From the NCBI GenBank assembly GCA_964421585.1, contig CAYQXN010000001.1, positions 1-48,936 on the forward strand: a stretch of 48,936 nt of DNA, written 5' to 3'. Origin of the DNA: an uncultured Ruminococcus sp. (GTDB lineage: Bacteria; Bacillota; Clostridia; Oscillospirales; Acutalibacteraceae). Below are positions 8,941 through 17,869 of the stretch, in pieces. Under the pieces are notes generated by a model that saw nothing but the letters and a program-made list of their open reading frames with translations, was not told where the DNA came from and searched no databases. The position numbers and the translations under genes were made by a program. How positions within the stretch are numbered: the first letter of the stretch is position 1; each line of letters opens with the position of its first letter.

Positions 8941-9947
8941 TTTAATTGAAAGATATATTTATGCAGCCACTAAAAGACTTCCTGATAAAATTAAGGATGA
9001 TGTATCTGAGGAATTGAGAGCACTTATTGATGATATGCTGTCTGAACGCTGCGAGAATGTTACCCCTCAGGATAAGGACATAAAGATAGTGCTGACTGAG
9101 CTTGGAACACCAAATGAATTGTATGAAAAGTATAATCCCGACACGAAAAATTGTCTTATAGGCTCACCGTATTTTTCAAACTATAAATATGTTCTTAAAA
9201 TAATACTTATATGCGTCGGTATAGGCATAACTATTTCCACAGTAATATCCAAGGTTATGACTATTCCTGAAAATTACCAAACTTATTCATATACTTTAAC
9301 ATTGTCATCACCAGATTTCTGGATAGACCTCTTTAAAGATTTACTTATTTCACTTCCTTCCGCACTAATTTGGGTATTTGCTTTCATTACCCTTTTGTTT
9401 GCTTTTTTCTACCATAAAGACATAAAAATTGACTCTTCAGAAAACTTAGACAATTTGCCTCCTAATCCGCAAAAAAAGGCAGAAAATCTCAAGAATTAAG
9501 CCTATCATCGGTATTGGAATTACAATTTTGTTTTTATGCGTATTTTTAATTGCGCCCCAGATTTTCTGTGCATTCACATCTGAAGGCAAAATCATACCGA
9601 TTTTTAACACTGAAACAATAAGAGAAACCTGGTATATAATTGTGTTGTTCAGCATAGCAGGGATAATAAGAGAGATAATTAAACTTATTGAAGGCAGATA
9701 CAACAAAAAGGTTATGATAACTACTATAATTGCCGATACAGCATCTGCAATTCTTACTATATTGTGGTTAACTTACGACAATATAATCAATCAAAAATTT
9801 ATTTCGGCTATAACTGTTATATTTGACGGAAGCGATAAATTTACTATTTCTATATTTGAAAACTTTCACTTTTTCTTTATGGGAGTAATTTTATTTGCCC
9901 TTTTACTTGACATAATTGATACAATAGCAAAAACCTTGAAAAAATAA
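8930..9947 (+). pseudogene. HAAS-like N-terminal domain membrane protein, split by one extra base in an A7 run (9471-9477)
   Basis: N-terminus LIERYIYAATKRLP..ELRALIDDML..LTELGTPNEL is typical of PadR partner proteins. Deleting one A joins ORFs 8900..9499 and 9528..9947 into 338 aa reading ...LPPNPQKRQKISRIKPIIGIGITILF... Confidence 0.8.
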
Positions 9948-9974
9948 TCTATTGAGCGTATAACTATTATATTA

Positions 9975-10023
9975 TTGCAAAAAATATAACCACCTCTACA
10001 ATAAGTTAAAGGTGGTTATTTTT
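9975..10023 (+). terminator. Terminator-like hairpin overlapping the promoter and RBS of the next gene
   Basis: ATAACCACCT (9986-9995) and AGGTGGTTAT (10010-10019) form a perfect stem followed by a T-run. TTGCAA-16-TACAAT overlaps it. Confidence 0.65.
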
Positions 10024-10287
10024 ATGAACAAAAAGTCTGAAAAGAAAGACGAACAATATCCCCTTGAGTTTCCGTCACGTGACGATAAGCCAAGGCACTC
10101 ACCGATTGTTGATGTAGTGGAAAATGAAATCTTTCCCATGGATTTCAGCTCACCATATCAGAATAATCGCAGTGAAAGCGGAGTTCACTATACTCCGGAA
10201 AGCATTACCGAGGTTGTTACTACCGAAATATTACCTGATACGGCAGAGCAAACCATTCACGGACAGCAAAGACAGGCAGATATCTGA
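10024..10287 (+). CDS. Small acidic hypothetical protein (87 aa)
   Basis: AAGGTGGT RBS with a well-spaced ATG. The 3' end overlaps the convergent DUF218 gene by 68 nt. Confidence 0.6.
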   Translation: MNKKSEKKDEQYPLEFPSRDDKPRHSPIVDVVENEIFPMDFSSPYQNNRSESGVHYTPESITEVVTTEILPDTAEQTIHGQQRQADI

Positions 10288-10999
10288 TTGAGGTGTCGGC
10301 GCTTACTGCGCCGACATTTTGTTTTAATCCTAGCTGTTTTGCTATAATTTGCACTCTAAGCTGATGAAATCCGTCGGTAACGACGGCGATATCCTCATTT
10401 AAGTTATTATCATCAATAATTTTGAGGGAATACTCAATGTTTTCGGTTGTATTAGTTGCCTTGTCCTCCATATAGAGCCTGCTATGCTCTATGCCGTCGG
10501 ATACAAGATTATCATACATTGACTGAGCCTCGCTCATAGGCTCATCATCACCCCGACCGCCGGTCAGCACAGCGCAGGAATCGGGATTTTGAGCAAGATA
10601 ATTTTCTGCGGCGTCTATTCTGCCTGCCAACATGGTTGAAGGACCCCAGCTTTTAACCTGAGCGCCAAGCACAACGGCTGTTGAATTCTCGGCGGGAGTG
10701 AGATTTGCACAATATACCATTGCTCCTGTAACTACAGCACCGTAAACCGCAAAAATTATAAAGCATACGTTTACAAATCTGAATAAAATATGTGTAAGCA
10801 GGTGCTTTTTACAAAATCTCCTGATACCCCTGTGAAACGGCTTTATGCATACGCACATCACCCACAAGCTTAGAAGCAAGCCGGCGAGACTGCCGATATT
10901 GAGCAATCCGCAAGCTATTGAAAAGCCAAAATATATTATAAAAATTATTGATATTATCGCAAATATCGTACGTATAATATTAAGAATAAATCTGAACAT
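10220..10999 (-). CDS. YdcF/ElyC/SanA-like DUF218 membrane protein
   Basis: AVVLGA, RIDAA, LTGGRG..SEA, EDKATNTTENI, VTDGFHQLR, VREWFA; N-terminal TM helices. Confidence 0.92.
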   Translation of the reverse strand: MFRFILNIIRTIFAIISIIFIIYFGFSIACGLLNIGSLAGLLLSLWVMCVCIKPFHRGIRRFCKKHLLTHILFRFVNVCFIIFAVYGAVVTGAMVYCANLTPAENSTAVVLGAQVKSWGPSTMLAGRIDAAENYLAQNPDSCAVLTGGRGDDEPMSEAQSMYDNLVSDGIEHSRLYMEDKATNTTENIEYSLKIIDDNNLNEDIAVVTDGFHQLRVQIIAKQLGLKQNVGAVSADTSIRYLPVFAVREWFALPYQVIFR

Positions 11000-11144
11000 A
11001 TTTACCTCCTTAGTTTGTATTATAAATCATACCACAAATAAATTCATATTTCTACACTACACGAGAAATAAAGTCAATTTATCGCAATACTGTGATTTTA
11101 TATACGGGCGCTGAATACTATTATAATAATGAAAGCTCCTGCTT

Positions 11145-11174
11145 CGCAGACTGTAACAGTCTGCGTTATTTTTT
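11145..11174 (+). terminator. Orphan intrinsic terminator in a divergent intergenic region
   Basis: CGCAGACTG-TAA-CAGTCTGCG then TTATTTTTT, with no plus-strand gene directly upstream. Confidence 0.7.
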
Positions 11175-11252
11175 GTCTTGTTCATTGCAAATTCCTTGCC
11201 AAATCCTCATTTTTCAACTTATTTCAAAAAAATATATACTTAATTTAAAAAT

Positions 11253-11286
11253 GTACCTTGACAGATGAGGTACTTTATGATATTAT
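11253..11286 (+). promoter_or_regulatory. SigA promoter with candidate PadR operator palindrome
   Basis: TTGACA (11258)-17 bp-TATTAT (11281) with TG extension. GTACCT-N9-AGGTAC straddles the -35. Confidence 0.75.
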
Positions 11287-11345
11287 AACAACAATGAATA
11301 AAGCTGCAAACCAAAATCAAAAGATAATCCAAGGAAGTGAAAGCA

Positions 11346-11555
11346 ATGACATTAACCAATATTATCAATATGGTAGTAAGCAGTCTTCTTTTGACATTGC
11401 TTATAACCTACTGCACTGTTGTTTTTGTAGTATATAAGGAATTTTCATTTACTAAGCTTATCCCTGCCGTCTGCGGAGCACTGCTGCTTGCGGATCGTTT
11501 GCTGGCTTTATTCAATGTAAAATGGTTTGAATACATATTGGCTTTATTCAAATAA
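11346..11555 (+). CDS. Small hydrophobic membrane protein (69 aa)
   Basis: Two hydrophobic segments; first ORF after the promoter, with AGGAAGTGA upstream of ATG 11346. Confidence 0.65.
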   Translation: MTLTNIINMVVSSLLLTLLITYCTVVFVVYKEFSFTKLIPAVCGALLLADRLLALFNVKWFEYILALFK

Positions 11556-11576
11556 ACAGAAAACCGGGGTGAAAAT

Positions 11577-11909
11577 ATGTCAATTACTGCCGACCTCATA
11601 AGAGGTCACACAGACACAATCATACTTGCAAAATTAATCGAAAGGGACAGCTATGGATATGAAATCAACAAAGCAGTCTATAATGCGTCGGGGCAGATGT
11701 ATGAGCTTAAGGAAGCAACGCTCTACACTGCATTTAAACGGCTTGAAGACGCCGGATACATTTCGTCTTACTGGGGAGACCAGTCAACGGGTGCGCGCAG
11801 AAAATATTATACGATCACGGAAAACGGCCGTCAGATATTTGAACAAAAACGGATTGAATGGCTCGAAGCCCGACAGCTGATTGATACATTACTTGATACG
11901 GAGGGATAA
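11577..11909 (+). CDS. PadR-family transcriptional regulator
   Basis: DLIRGHTDTIIL, SYGYEI, ELKEATLYTAFKRLE, ARRKYYTITENG. Confidence 0.96.
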   Translation: MSITADLIRGHTDTIILAKLIERDSYGYEINKAVYNASGQMYELKEATLYTAFKRLEDAGYISSYWGDQSTGARRKYYTITENGRQIFEQKRIEWLEARQLIDTLLDTEG

Positions 11910-11911
11910 AT

Positions 11912-12802
11912 ATGGAACCGAAACTCAGAGAATATATTGAAAATCTGTTCGTAACTGCTCCTCGCACAAAGCAGACCTACGAGCTTAAGGAAGAAATTAT
12001 ACGCAACACTATTGAACGTTATCATGACTCGATTGCAGACGGCAAAACAGAAGCAGACGCCTTCAATTCCGCAATTGAGGGAATCGGTGATGTCGGAGAG
12101 CTGCTGGAAGTTCTTGGCGCAGAAACAACTGAAGAGAATAACGCCAATACTCCCAATCTGTTTTCAGAAATCAAAAGCAGAACAACTTTTTTCAAAAGCA
12201 TTGCATTTGCTCTTTATCTGCTCTGCATTACTCCTCTCGTGATATTCAACCAATTATACTTATTTGGTCATAATATGGCTCCCTTTGGAACAGCAGTTGC
12301 GTTATGGATAGTTTCCGTTGCAACGGGACTTCTTATTTTCAGTCACATAACAAAATTTACTCCTGCAATAAAGGATTTTGCTGTAATAAACAAAATCAAA
12401 CACGATGCTGTTATTAAGGCTGTCGCTATAGGAATGTACATATCCTGTTGTACTCCATGTTTGGCTTTAGGCAGCTTTATCGGAGGCTTTTCAGTGTTTT
12501 TTGTACCCGTAATCTTGGCGGCAGCAACCGTTCTCATTATTTATGGACACAAGAACAAAACAGACATTTTGACTGATGAAGCAATGGTGCTAAACTATAA
12601 AGAATGGAACAGTCAAAAAAAGCCTACAAGTGCGCTTTACAAAATATTCGTTGCAATCCTGTGGACAGTAATTTCAATTCTTTACTTAATTATTACTGTC
12701 AGTACTGCTATTGTTGCCGTAAGCTGGATTATCTTCCTACTAGCAGTTGCTTTGCAACAGCTTTTGAAGGCTATTTTTGATTATACGGAGGTGAAAAGAT
12801 GA
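11912..12802 (+). CDS. Membrane protein with permease-prefix-domain-1/HAAS-like N-terminus
   Basis: LREYIENLF..ELKEEI..ERYHDSIADGKTEADAFNSAIEGIGDVGEL, then about six TM helices; 2 nt downstream of padR. Confidence 0.85.
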   Translation: MEPKLREYIENLFVTAPRTKQTYELKEEIIRNTIERYHDSIADGKTEADAFNSAIEGIGDVGELLEVLGAETTEENNANTPNLFSEIKSRTTFFKSIAFALYLLCITPLVIFNQLYLFGHNMAPFGTAVALWIVSVATGLLIFSHITKFTPAIKDFAVINKIKHDAVIKAVAIGMYISCCTPCLALGSFIGGFSVFFVPVILAAATVLIIYGHKNKTDILTDEAMVLNYKEWNSQKKPTSALYKIFVAILWTVISILYLIITVSTAIVAVSWIIFLLAVALQQLLKAIFDYTEVKR

Positions 12803-14202
12803 AAAGCTCAGCTCTTAACAGAATAATCATCTGGTCGGTTACAAGCGTGCTCCTTATCTTTGTGCTATTCATTGGAATTATCATCGGGTCCGGCATAAAT
12901 CAGGAATATACTGACAATATTTTCTATGATACCACCCGTGAATATGACGATAATGACAATTTCATATACGGCACAGGCACATCATTTGACGCAGATGAAA
13001 TAAGCTGTCTTGATATTTGCTGGGCAGCGGGAAAGGTTGTTATTGAAGAAAACGATGAAGATGAAATCAAAATAAGAGAGTATTCAGAATCTACAAATGA
13101 CGAATTGAGCGATATGCTCTACAGATTTGATGAGAACGATATGAGACTTGACATCATCAGTTCATACTCTGATATTGACCTTGAAGCAATCATTGAAAAC
13201 GGCATTGACTCATTCATCTCATATGACGGTACAAGCGAAGAAAAAACACTTGTTATATCTGTTCCGAGGAATGAGTATTTTGATTATCTGACAATTGCAA
13301 CCGCAAGTGCAGATATGGAAATTATCATCAACACTGCATATTATAACACCATAAATCTTAATACATTTTCAGGAAGCATTACAGCAGATAATCTTGATAG
13401 CTCTACTATATATGTCAACACTGCAAACGGTGATTCAGAACTTAGTAATGTCACCACAAATGACGTTGAAATAAACACTGTTTCGGGCGATGTGAGCATC
13501 AGCGGACAGGTTGATTATCTGGAAGCAAACAGCGTATCGGCAGATATAAATTTTGAAGCTGTATCAAACTACAACGTAGAATCAATTAACGTAAGCTCGG
13601 TAAGCGGCAACGTTAATCTGATATTTCCTGAGGATTACAGCGGCTTTACAATTGAAACTACAAGTCTTAGCGGCAACTTTAACAGCAAATTTAGCGGCAA
13701 ACAGTACTCAGACCAATACATTTACGGTAACGGCTATACTGAAATTAATTTCAATGCTGTAAGCGGCAGACTGAATATCTCCCCTGCTGAAAGCAAAACT
13801 GAAGAAACTACACAGGCAGAAACTGCTCAAGCCGAAGCCAAAGCTGAGGTAAAGACCGTTTCGGAAAGCGCCATTTCAAAGGAATACACAAGCAAGATTA
13901 CAGAAAAAGGCGTGTATTCGGTTCAGGACAACAACAGCCTTACAATTGTATTCAACAAATACAATGTTATCAGCTCTGACGTTAAAGTTGACGACAGCAA
14001 AAAGACCATAACCGTAACATTTGAAACCAACGACTCGGCTAAAAAAAGTGAATTAAAAAATGACTGCTATGTAATCACAAATGCTGATGATTATATAATT
14101 GACTTGATTCACAACAATAAGGAGGAAGCTTTTAAAAATATAATTATTGATGAAAGTGTTACATCCAACACTATCCCCTCAACCACTGTAAAAGCTGATT
14201 AA
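12799..14202 (+). CDS. DUF4097 (Toastrack/putative adhesin) beta-strand repeat protein
   Basis: N-terminal TM anchor; repeats TASAD, TFSGSI, TANGD, TVSGDV, SVSAD, SVSGNV, SLSGN, AVSGRL; ATGA overlap with the upstream gene. Confidence 0.9.
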   Translation: MKSSALNRIIIWSVTSVLLIFVLFIGIIIGSGINQEYTDNIFYDTTREYDDNDNFIYGTGTSFDADEISCLDICWAAGKVVIEENDEDEIKIREYSESTNDELSDMLYRFDENDMRLDIISSYSDIDLEAIIENGIDSFISYDGTSEEKTLVISVPRNEYFDYLTIATASADMEIIINTAYYNTINLNTFSGSITADNLDSSTIYVNTANGDSELSNVTTNDVEINTVSGDVSISGQVDYLEANSVSADINFEAVSNYNVESINVSSVSGNVNLIFPEDYSGFTIETTSLSGNFNSKFSGKQYSDQYIYGNGYTEINFNAVSGRLNISPAESKTEETTQAETAQAEAKAEVKTVSESAISKEYTSKITEKGVYSVQDNNSLTIVFNKYNVISSDVKVDDSKKTITVTFETNDSAKKSELKNDCYVITNADDYIIDLIHNNKEEAFKNIIIDESVTSNTIPSTTVKAD

Positions 14203-14210
14203 ACCTGTAA

Positions 14211-14249
14211 ATCAAAAGTGCTGACCTGCAAAATGGTCAGCACTTTTGA
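14211..14249. terminator. Bidirectional terminator between convergent genes
   Basis: Perfect 16-bp inverted repeat ATCAAAAGTGCTGACC / GGTCAGCACTTTTGAT. Confidence 0.88.
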
Positions 14250-14281
14250 TATATTTATTGGATATTAGTATTACTTTTAAA

Positions 14282-15826
14282 TTACATCTGTTCGCCGCTG
14301 TAATCAAACTCGTGATACATATTCTCAAGCGTTGACAGCTCTTCAATAAAAGGAGTATCAAGCGAGTTTTCAAAATTAGTTTCTTTTTTGCTCTTGAGCA
14401 CTTCCATTGCAGACTTTTCGGGCACATTGATTGTACCTGCTCCTGCCACACATCCTCCCGGACATGCCATACCTTCAAGCAGATAGCCGTTATACTTGCC
14501 TGCCTTTGCCATTCTAAGCAGCTTAGCACACTCATCAAGTCCCTGAGCGCTTGAAACCTTAACCTCCCTTGTAGGGTCCATTTTTGAAATTGCATTTACC
14601 ACTGCCTTGGCAACACCTCCGCTTACTGCAAAGCCTCTGCCGTCTGCACTCGAAAGATTGAGAGGATAATTATCAACCTCCAAAGAAGCAAAGTCTATGT
14701 TCTTTGCGTCAAACATACCTGCAACCTCTTCAAAGGTAAGCACAAAGTCAACGTCGCTTCTGATGCTTCTGCGGCTTGCTTCAAGCTTTTTAGCGGCGCA
14801 CGGTCCGATAAATACAACCTTGCAGCCCGGGAACATCTCTTTTGTAAGTCTGCCCGTAAGAACCATTGGAGTTAACGCCATTGATATGTACGGAGCAATG
14901 CTTGGAAAGTTCTTCTTTGCCATAACGCTCCAAGCAGGACAACAGGAGGTAGCCATAAACGGCTGCTTGGCAGGTACCTCTTCCATAAAGTCCTTTGCCT
15001 CTTCAATAGTACAAAGATCAGCACCGGCGGCAACCTCAATAACGTTTGTAAAACCAAGAGCCTTAAACGCATTGCGCATTTTATTTGAAGGAAGTCCTTT
15101 GAACTGACCTGCAACAGCGGGAGCAAGAATAGCATAAACAGGAGTGTCGCTGTTAATAGCCTTGACTGTCTGGAAAATCTGGCTCTTATCTACAATTGCG
15201 CCAAACGGACAGCTTACAAGGCACATACCGCAGGAAACGCATTTGTCATAATCAATATCTGCTCTGCCATATTCGTCATTTTTGATAGCCTTCATACCGC
15301 AAGCAGCAGCGCACGGACGCTCCTGCTTTATAATAGCATTGTACGGGCACGCTCCCTGACACTTGCCGCACTTCACACAGTTATCCTGATCAATATAGGA
15401 TTTACCGTGAACAATTGAAATTGCCTTCTTGCCGCACACCTCTGTGCACGGATGTTCAAGGCAGCCCTGACAGCCGTCGCTGACAAACACGCGTTTTTCG
15501 GGACAGCTGTGACACGCAAACTTGATAATATTTACAAGAGGCGGATCATAGACCTTTTCGTCAATCATACTATCCTCAACACCTGTTGAGATAGGCGCCT
15601 GTCTGTCAACAGGAAGCAACGAAAGCCCCATTGCAAGACGAAGCCGCTCACCAACGATGGCACGCTCAAGAAAAATACTCTCACGATAAGTGGAAATTTC
15701 ACCCGGAATAATCTTATACGGCAGGCTCTCAAATTTAGAATAATCGCCTCCCTCATAAGCAAGTCTTGCAACCTCAGTAAAAATCTGATGACGAATTTTT
15801 GCTTTTGAAGAATATATACCTCTCAA
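14282..15826 (-). CDS. Monomeric [FeFe]-hydrogenase, group B-like, with N-terminal 4Fe-4S clusters
   Basis: H-cluster motifs TSCCPAW, GPCAAKKLE, EGMACPGGCVAGAG; ferredoxin motifs CVKCGKCQGACP and CVSCGMCLVSCP; TTG start after AAGGGGG. Confidence 0.93.
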   Translation of the reverse strand: MRGIYSSKAKIRHQIFTEVARLAYEGGDYSKFESLPYKIIPGEISTYRESIFLERAIVGERLRLAMGLSLLPVDRQAPISTGVEDSMIDEKVYDPPLVNIIKFACHSCPEKRVFVSDGCQGCLEHPCTEVCGKKAISIVHGKSYIDQDNCVKCGKCQGACPYNAIIKQERPCAAACGMKAIKNDEYGRADIDYDKCVSCGMCLVSCPFGAIVDKSQIFQTVKAINSDTPVYAILAPAVAGQFKGLPSNKMRNAFKALGFTNVIEVAAGADLCTIEEAKDFMEEVPAKQPFMATSCCPAWSVMAKKNFPSIAPYISMALTPMVLTGRLTKEMFPGCKVVFIGPCAAKKLEASRRSIRSDVDFVLTFEEVAGMFDAKNIDFASLEVDNYPLNLSSADGRGFAVSGGVAKAVVNAISKMDPTREVKVSSAQGLDECAKLLRMAKAGKYNGYLLEGMACPGGCVAGAGTINVPEKSAMEVLKSKKETNFENSLDTPFIEELSTLENMYHEFDYSGEQM

Positions 15827-15875
15827 AAATATTACCCCCTTTCATTATTATTGAAATCATACACTCTACTTCTTG

Positions 15876-15904
15876 ATTATACAATAGTTTTTTTACTAAT
15901 TCAA
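15876..15904 (-). promoter_or_regulatory. SigA-type promoter of the hydrogenase gene
   Basis: TTGAAT-17 bp-TATAAT on the minus strand. Confidence 0.7.
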
Positions 15905-15942
15905 CTGCAAATTTTGCCTGCTGATTGCAGGCAAAGCGTTTA

Positions 15943-15971
15943 TTGACAATATTTTTTATATAGGTTATGAT
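15943..15971 (+). promoter_or_regulatory. SigA-type promoter of the zinc-ribbon membrane protein gene
   Basis: TTGACA-17 bp-TATGAT. Confidence 0.7.
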
Positions 15972-16021
15972 ATTAACAGATATTCAGATATTATTAATTA
16001 TTAATATTTGGAAGTGATTTG

Positions 16022-17026
16022 ATGAAATGCCCAAACTGCGGTCTTGAAAGCGAAAATAATTTCTGCCTAATTTGCGGAATTGAGATACCTCAGGCCAACG
16101 AAAAAAAGGATAACAAATCAGAATATGAAACATCTGATTTAACAATGCCTGAAACAACTACAGAACAGCCGTCAAAACACAAGTTGAGCATTAAGAAAAT
16201 TTTAATTTGTGCATTTTCTGTTTTGTTCGGCACAACATTCGTTTCGACAGCGTCAATAGGAATATATTCATTTCTTACAAAGCCCGACGACAAGCTCTAT
16301 TATCACACAATAGGTCAGAAAATTAACTGTGACGGCTTTAGCATAACTATGACCAATAAACAGGAACCTATTGGTGAATTGCGGGAATATAATGTAACCT
16401 GCTATATGACTAAAGATCTAGTCGGTTACTATGATGAATACAGTCTTGCCGCCGATGGTCTCACTCTTGATGACACTACACCTGTGAGCGAGACGTATTA
16501 CGAAATAAATATGGTTTATCCTATTGAATTTACAATAGAAAATCATACGGATGATGATATGGAGTTTTCTCTGCCCCAAATATTTAATTACATAAACGCA
16601 GCCTATTCGTATCTTTCATCGCAAAGCCTATCATATTCTCAGAATTATTATTTGTATCAGGATAATGATGGGGATTTAACTGAAACTAATAAAAGAGGTA
16701 ACGTTGAAATTCCTGCTCACTCGGTTCTCACAATTACAAAAAATCTTATCTGTTGTCCCAACGATAGTTTTTATGACGATAAAAGTGATATACCTGAAAC
16801 TATTATGTCACAAATTAAAGATGAGGACGGCAAAATCTTAGAGTATGAGGATTCAGATGAAACAACAAAATTATATACGTTTGATGACATATCCGAGCTT
16901 GATTCACCTGAACACATCTATATGAATTTATACTTTGAAAATGTGAACGATGATTATAAAGTCTATGAATTTAAGTTCTACACTGAGTATTTAACTGATA
17001 ACGACGACACCGACACAACAGAATAA
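16022..17026 (+). CDS. Hypothetical membrane-anchored protein: N-terminal zinc ribbon, one TM helix, acidic Tyr-rich domain
   Basis: MKCPNCG..NNFCLICG, hydrophobic ILICAFSVLFG..IGIYSFL, then a D/E/Y-rich region. Confidence 0.8.
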   Translation: MKCPNCGLESENNFCLICGIEIPQANEKKDNKSEYETSDLTMPETTTEQPSKHKLSIKKILICAFSVLFGTTFVSTASIGIYSFLTKPDDKLYYHTIGQKINCDGFSITMTNKQEPIGELREYNVTCYMTKDLVGYYDEYSLAADGLTLDDTTPVSETYYEINMVYPIEFTIENHTDDDMEFSLPQIFNYINAAYSYLSSQSLSYSQNYYLYQDNDGDLTETNKRGNVEIPAHSVLTITKNLICCPNDSFYDDKSDIPETIMSQIKDEDGKILEYEDSDETTKLYTFDDISELDSPEHIYMNLYFENVNDDYKVYEFKFYTEYLTDNDDTDTTE

Positions 17027-17033
17027 TTCATAA

Positions 17034-17067
17034 AAAACGCATTGATTCTTTTGAACCAATGCGTTTT
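17034..17067. terminator. Bidirectional terminator
   Basis: AAAACGCATTG...CAATGCGTTTT inverted repeat between convergent genes. Confidence 0.82.
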
Positions 17068-17083
17068 AGATTTACAATAATAT

Positions 17084-17869
17084 TTACTCAGGTCTGCCAA
17101 TTTTGCGGAAACGTTCATATCGTGCTTCTGTAAGCTCTTCCCCGCTTAGTGCAAGATTCTTTTCAAACGTACGGCTGATGAGCATTTTCAAGCTCTCGAA
17201 AATCGCTTTGTCATCACCCTTTTGAGGCTGTCGAATAATACGTTCAATTACGCCCAGATTAAATAAATCCTGCGCTGTCAGCTTGAGCGCCTCGGCAGCC
17301 TGAGGAGCCTTTGTGCTGTCCTTCCACAATATAGACGCGCAACCCTCAGGAGAAATTACAGAATATACCGAGTTTTCCATCATCCATACCTCGTCTGCAA
17401 CTGCAAGTGCAAGCGCACCGCCGCTGCCGCCCTCACCAATGAGGATTGTGAGGATGGGGGTTTTCAGAGTCATCATTTCCATAAGATTCTCGGCAATAGC
17501 CTGACCCTGACCGCGTTCCTCGGCGCCAATACCCGGATATGCGCCGCTTGTATCAACAAAGCAGAGCACAGGTCTGTGAAACTTCTCAGCTTGTTTCATA
17601 AGTCTGAGCGCCTTGCGATAACCCTCGGGATGTGCCTGACCAAAGTTGCGCTCCATACGCTCTTTGGTATTTCTGCCCTTTTCAAGACCGATTACGGTAA
17701 CAGGCATATCATAAAGCATTGCAAGTCCCGAAATAACAGCCTTGTCATCCGAATATCTGCGGTCACCGTGAAGCTCAATAAAGCTGTCGCCGAAAAGATT
17801 AGCAATATAATCAACGGAAGTCAGCTTATTTGAGTCTCTAGCCGCCATAACCTTTTCATAAGCCGTCAT
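17084..17869 (-). CDS. accA: Acetyl-CoA carboxylase carboxyltransferase alpha subunit
   Basis: ELHGDR, PEGYRKALR, IGEGGSGGALA, SVISPEGCASILWK. Confidence 0.97.
   Translation of the reverse strand: MTAYEKVMAARDSNKLTSVDYIANLFGDSFIELHGDRRYSDDKAVISGLAMLYDMPVTVIGLEKGRNTKERMERNFGQAHPEGYRKALRLMKQAEKFHRPVLCFVDTSGAYPGIGAEERGQGQAIAENLMEMMTLKTPILTILIGEGGSGGALALAVADEVWMMENSVYSVISPEGCASILWKDSTKAPQAAEALKLTAQDLFNLGVIERIIRQPQKGDDKAIFESLKMLISRTFEKNLALSGEELTEARYERFRKIGRPE

Noticed and set aside
9471-9478. A-AAA-AAG as a classical -1 ribosomal frameshift site
   Set aside because: The downstream coding frame needs a +1 (or -2) shift, so the canonical -1 mechanism would not join the two ORFs.
15882-15900. Rex operator in the hydrogenase promoter spacer
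   Set aside because: Only a weak TAGT-N-ACTA symmetry; poor match to TTGTGAA-N4-TTCACAA-type Rex sites.
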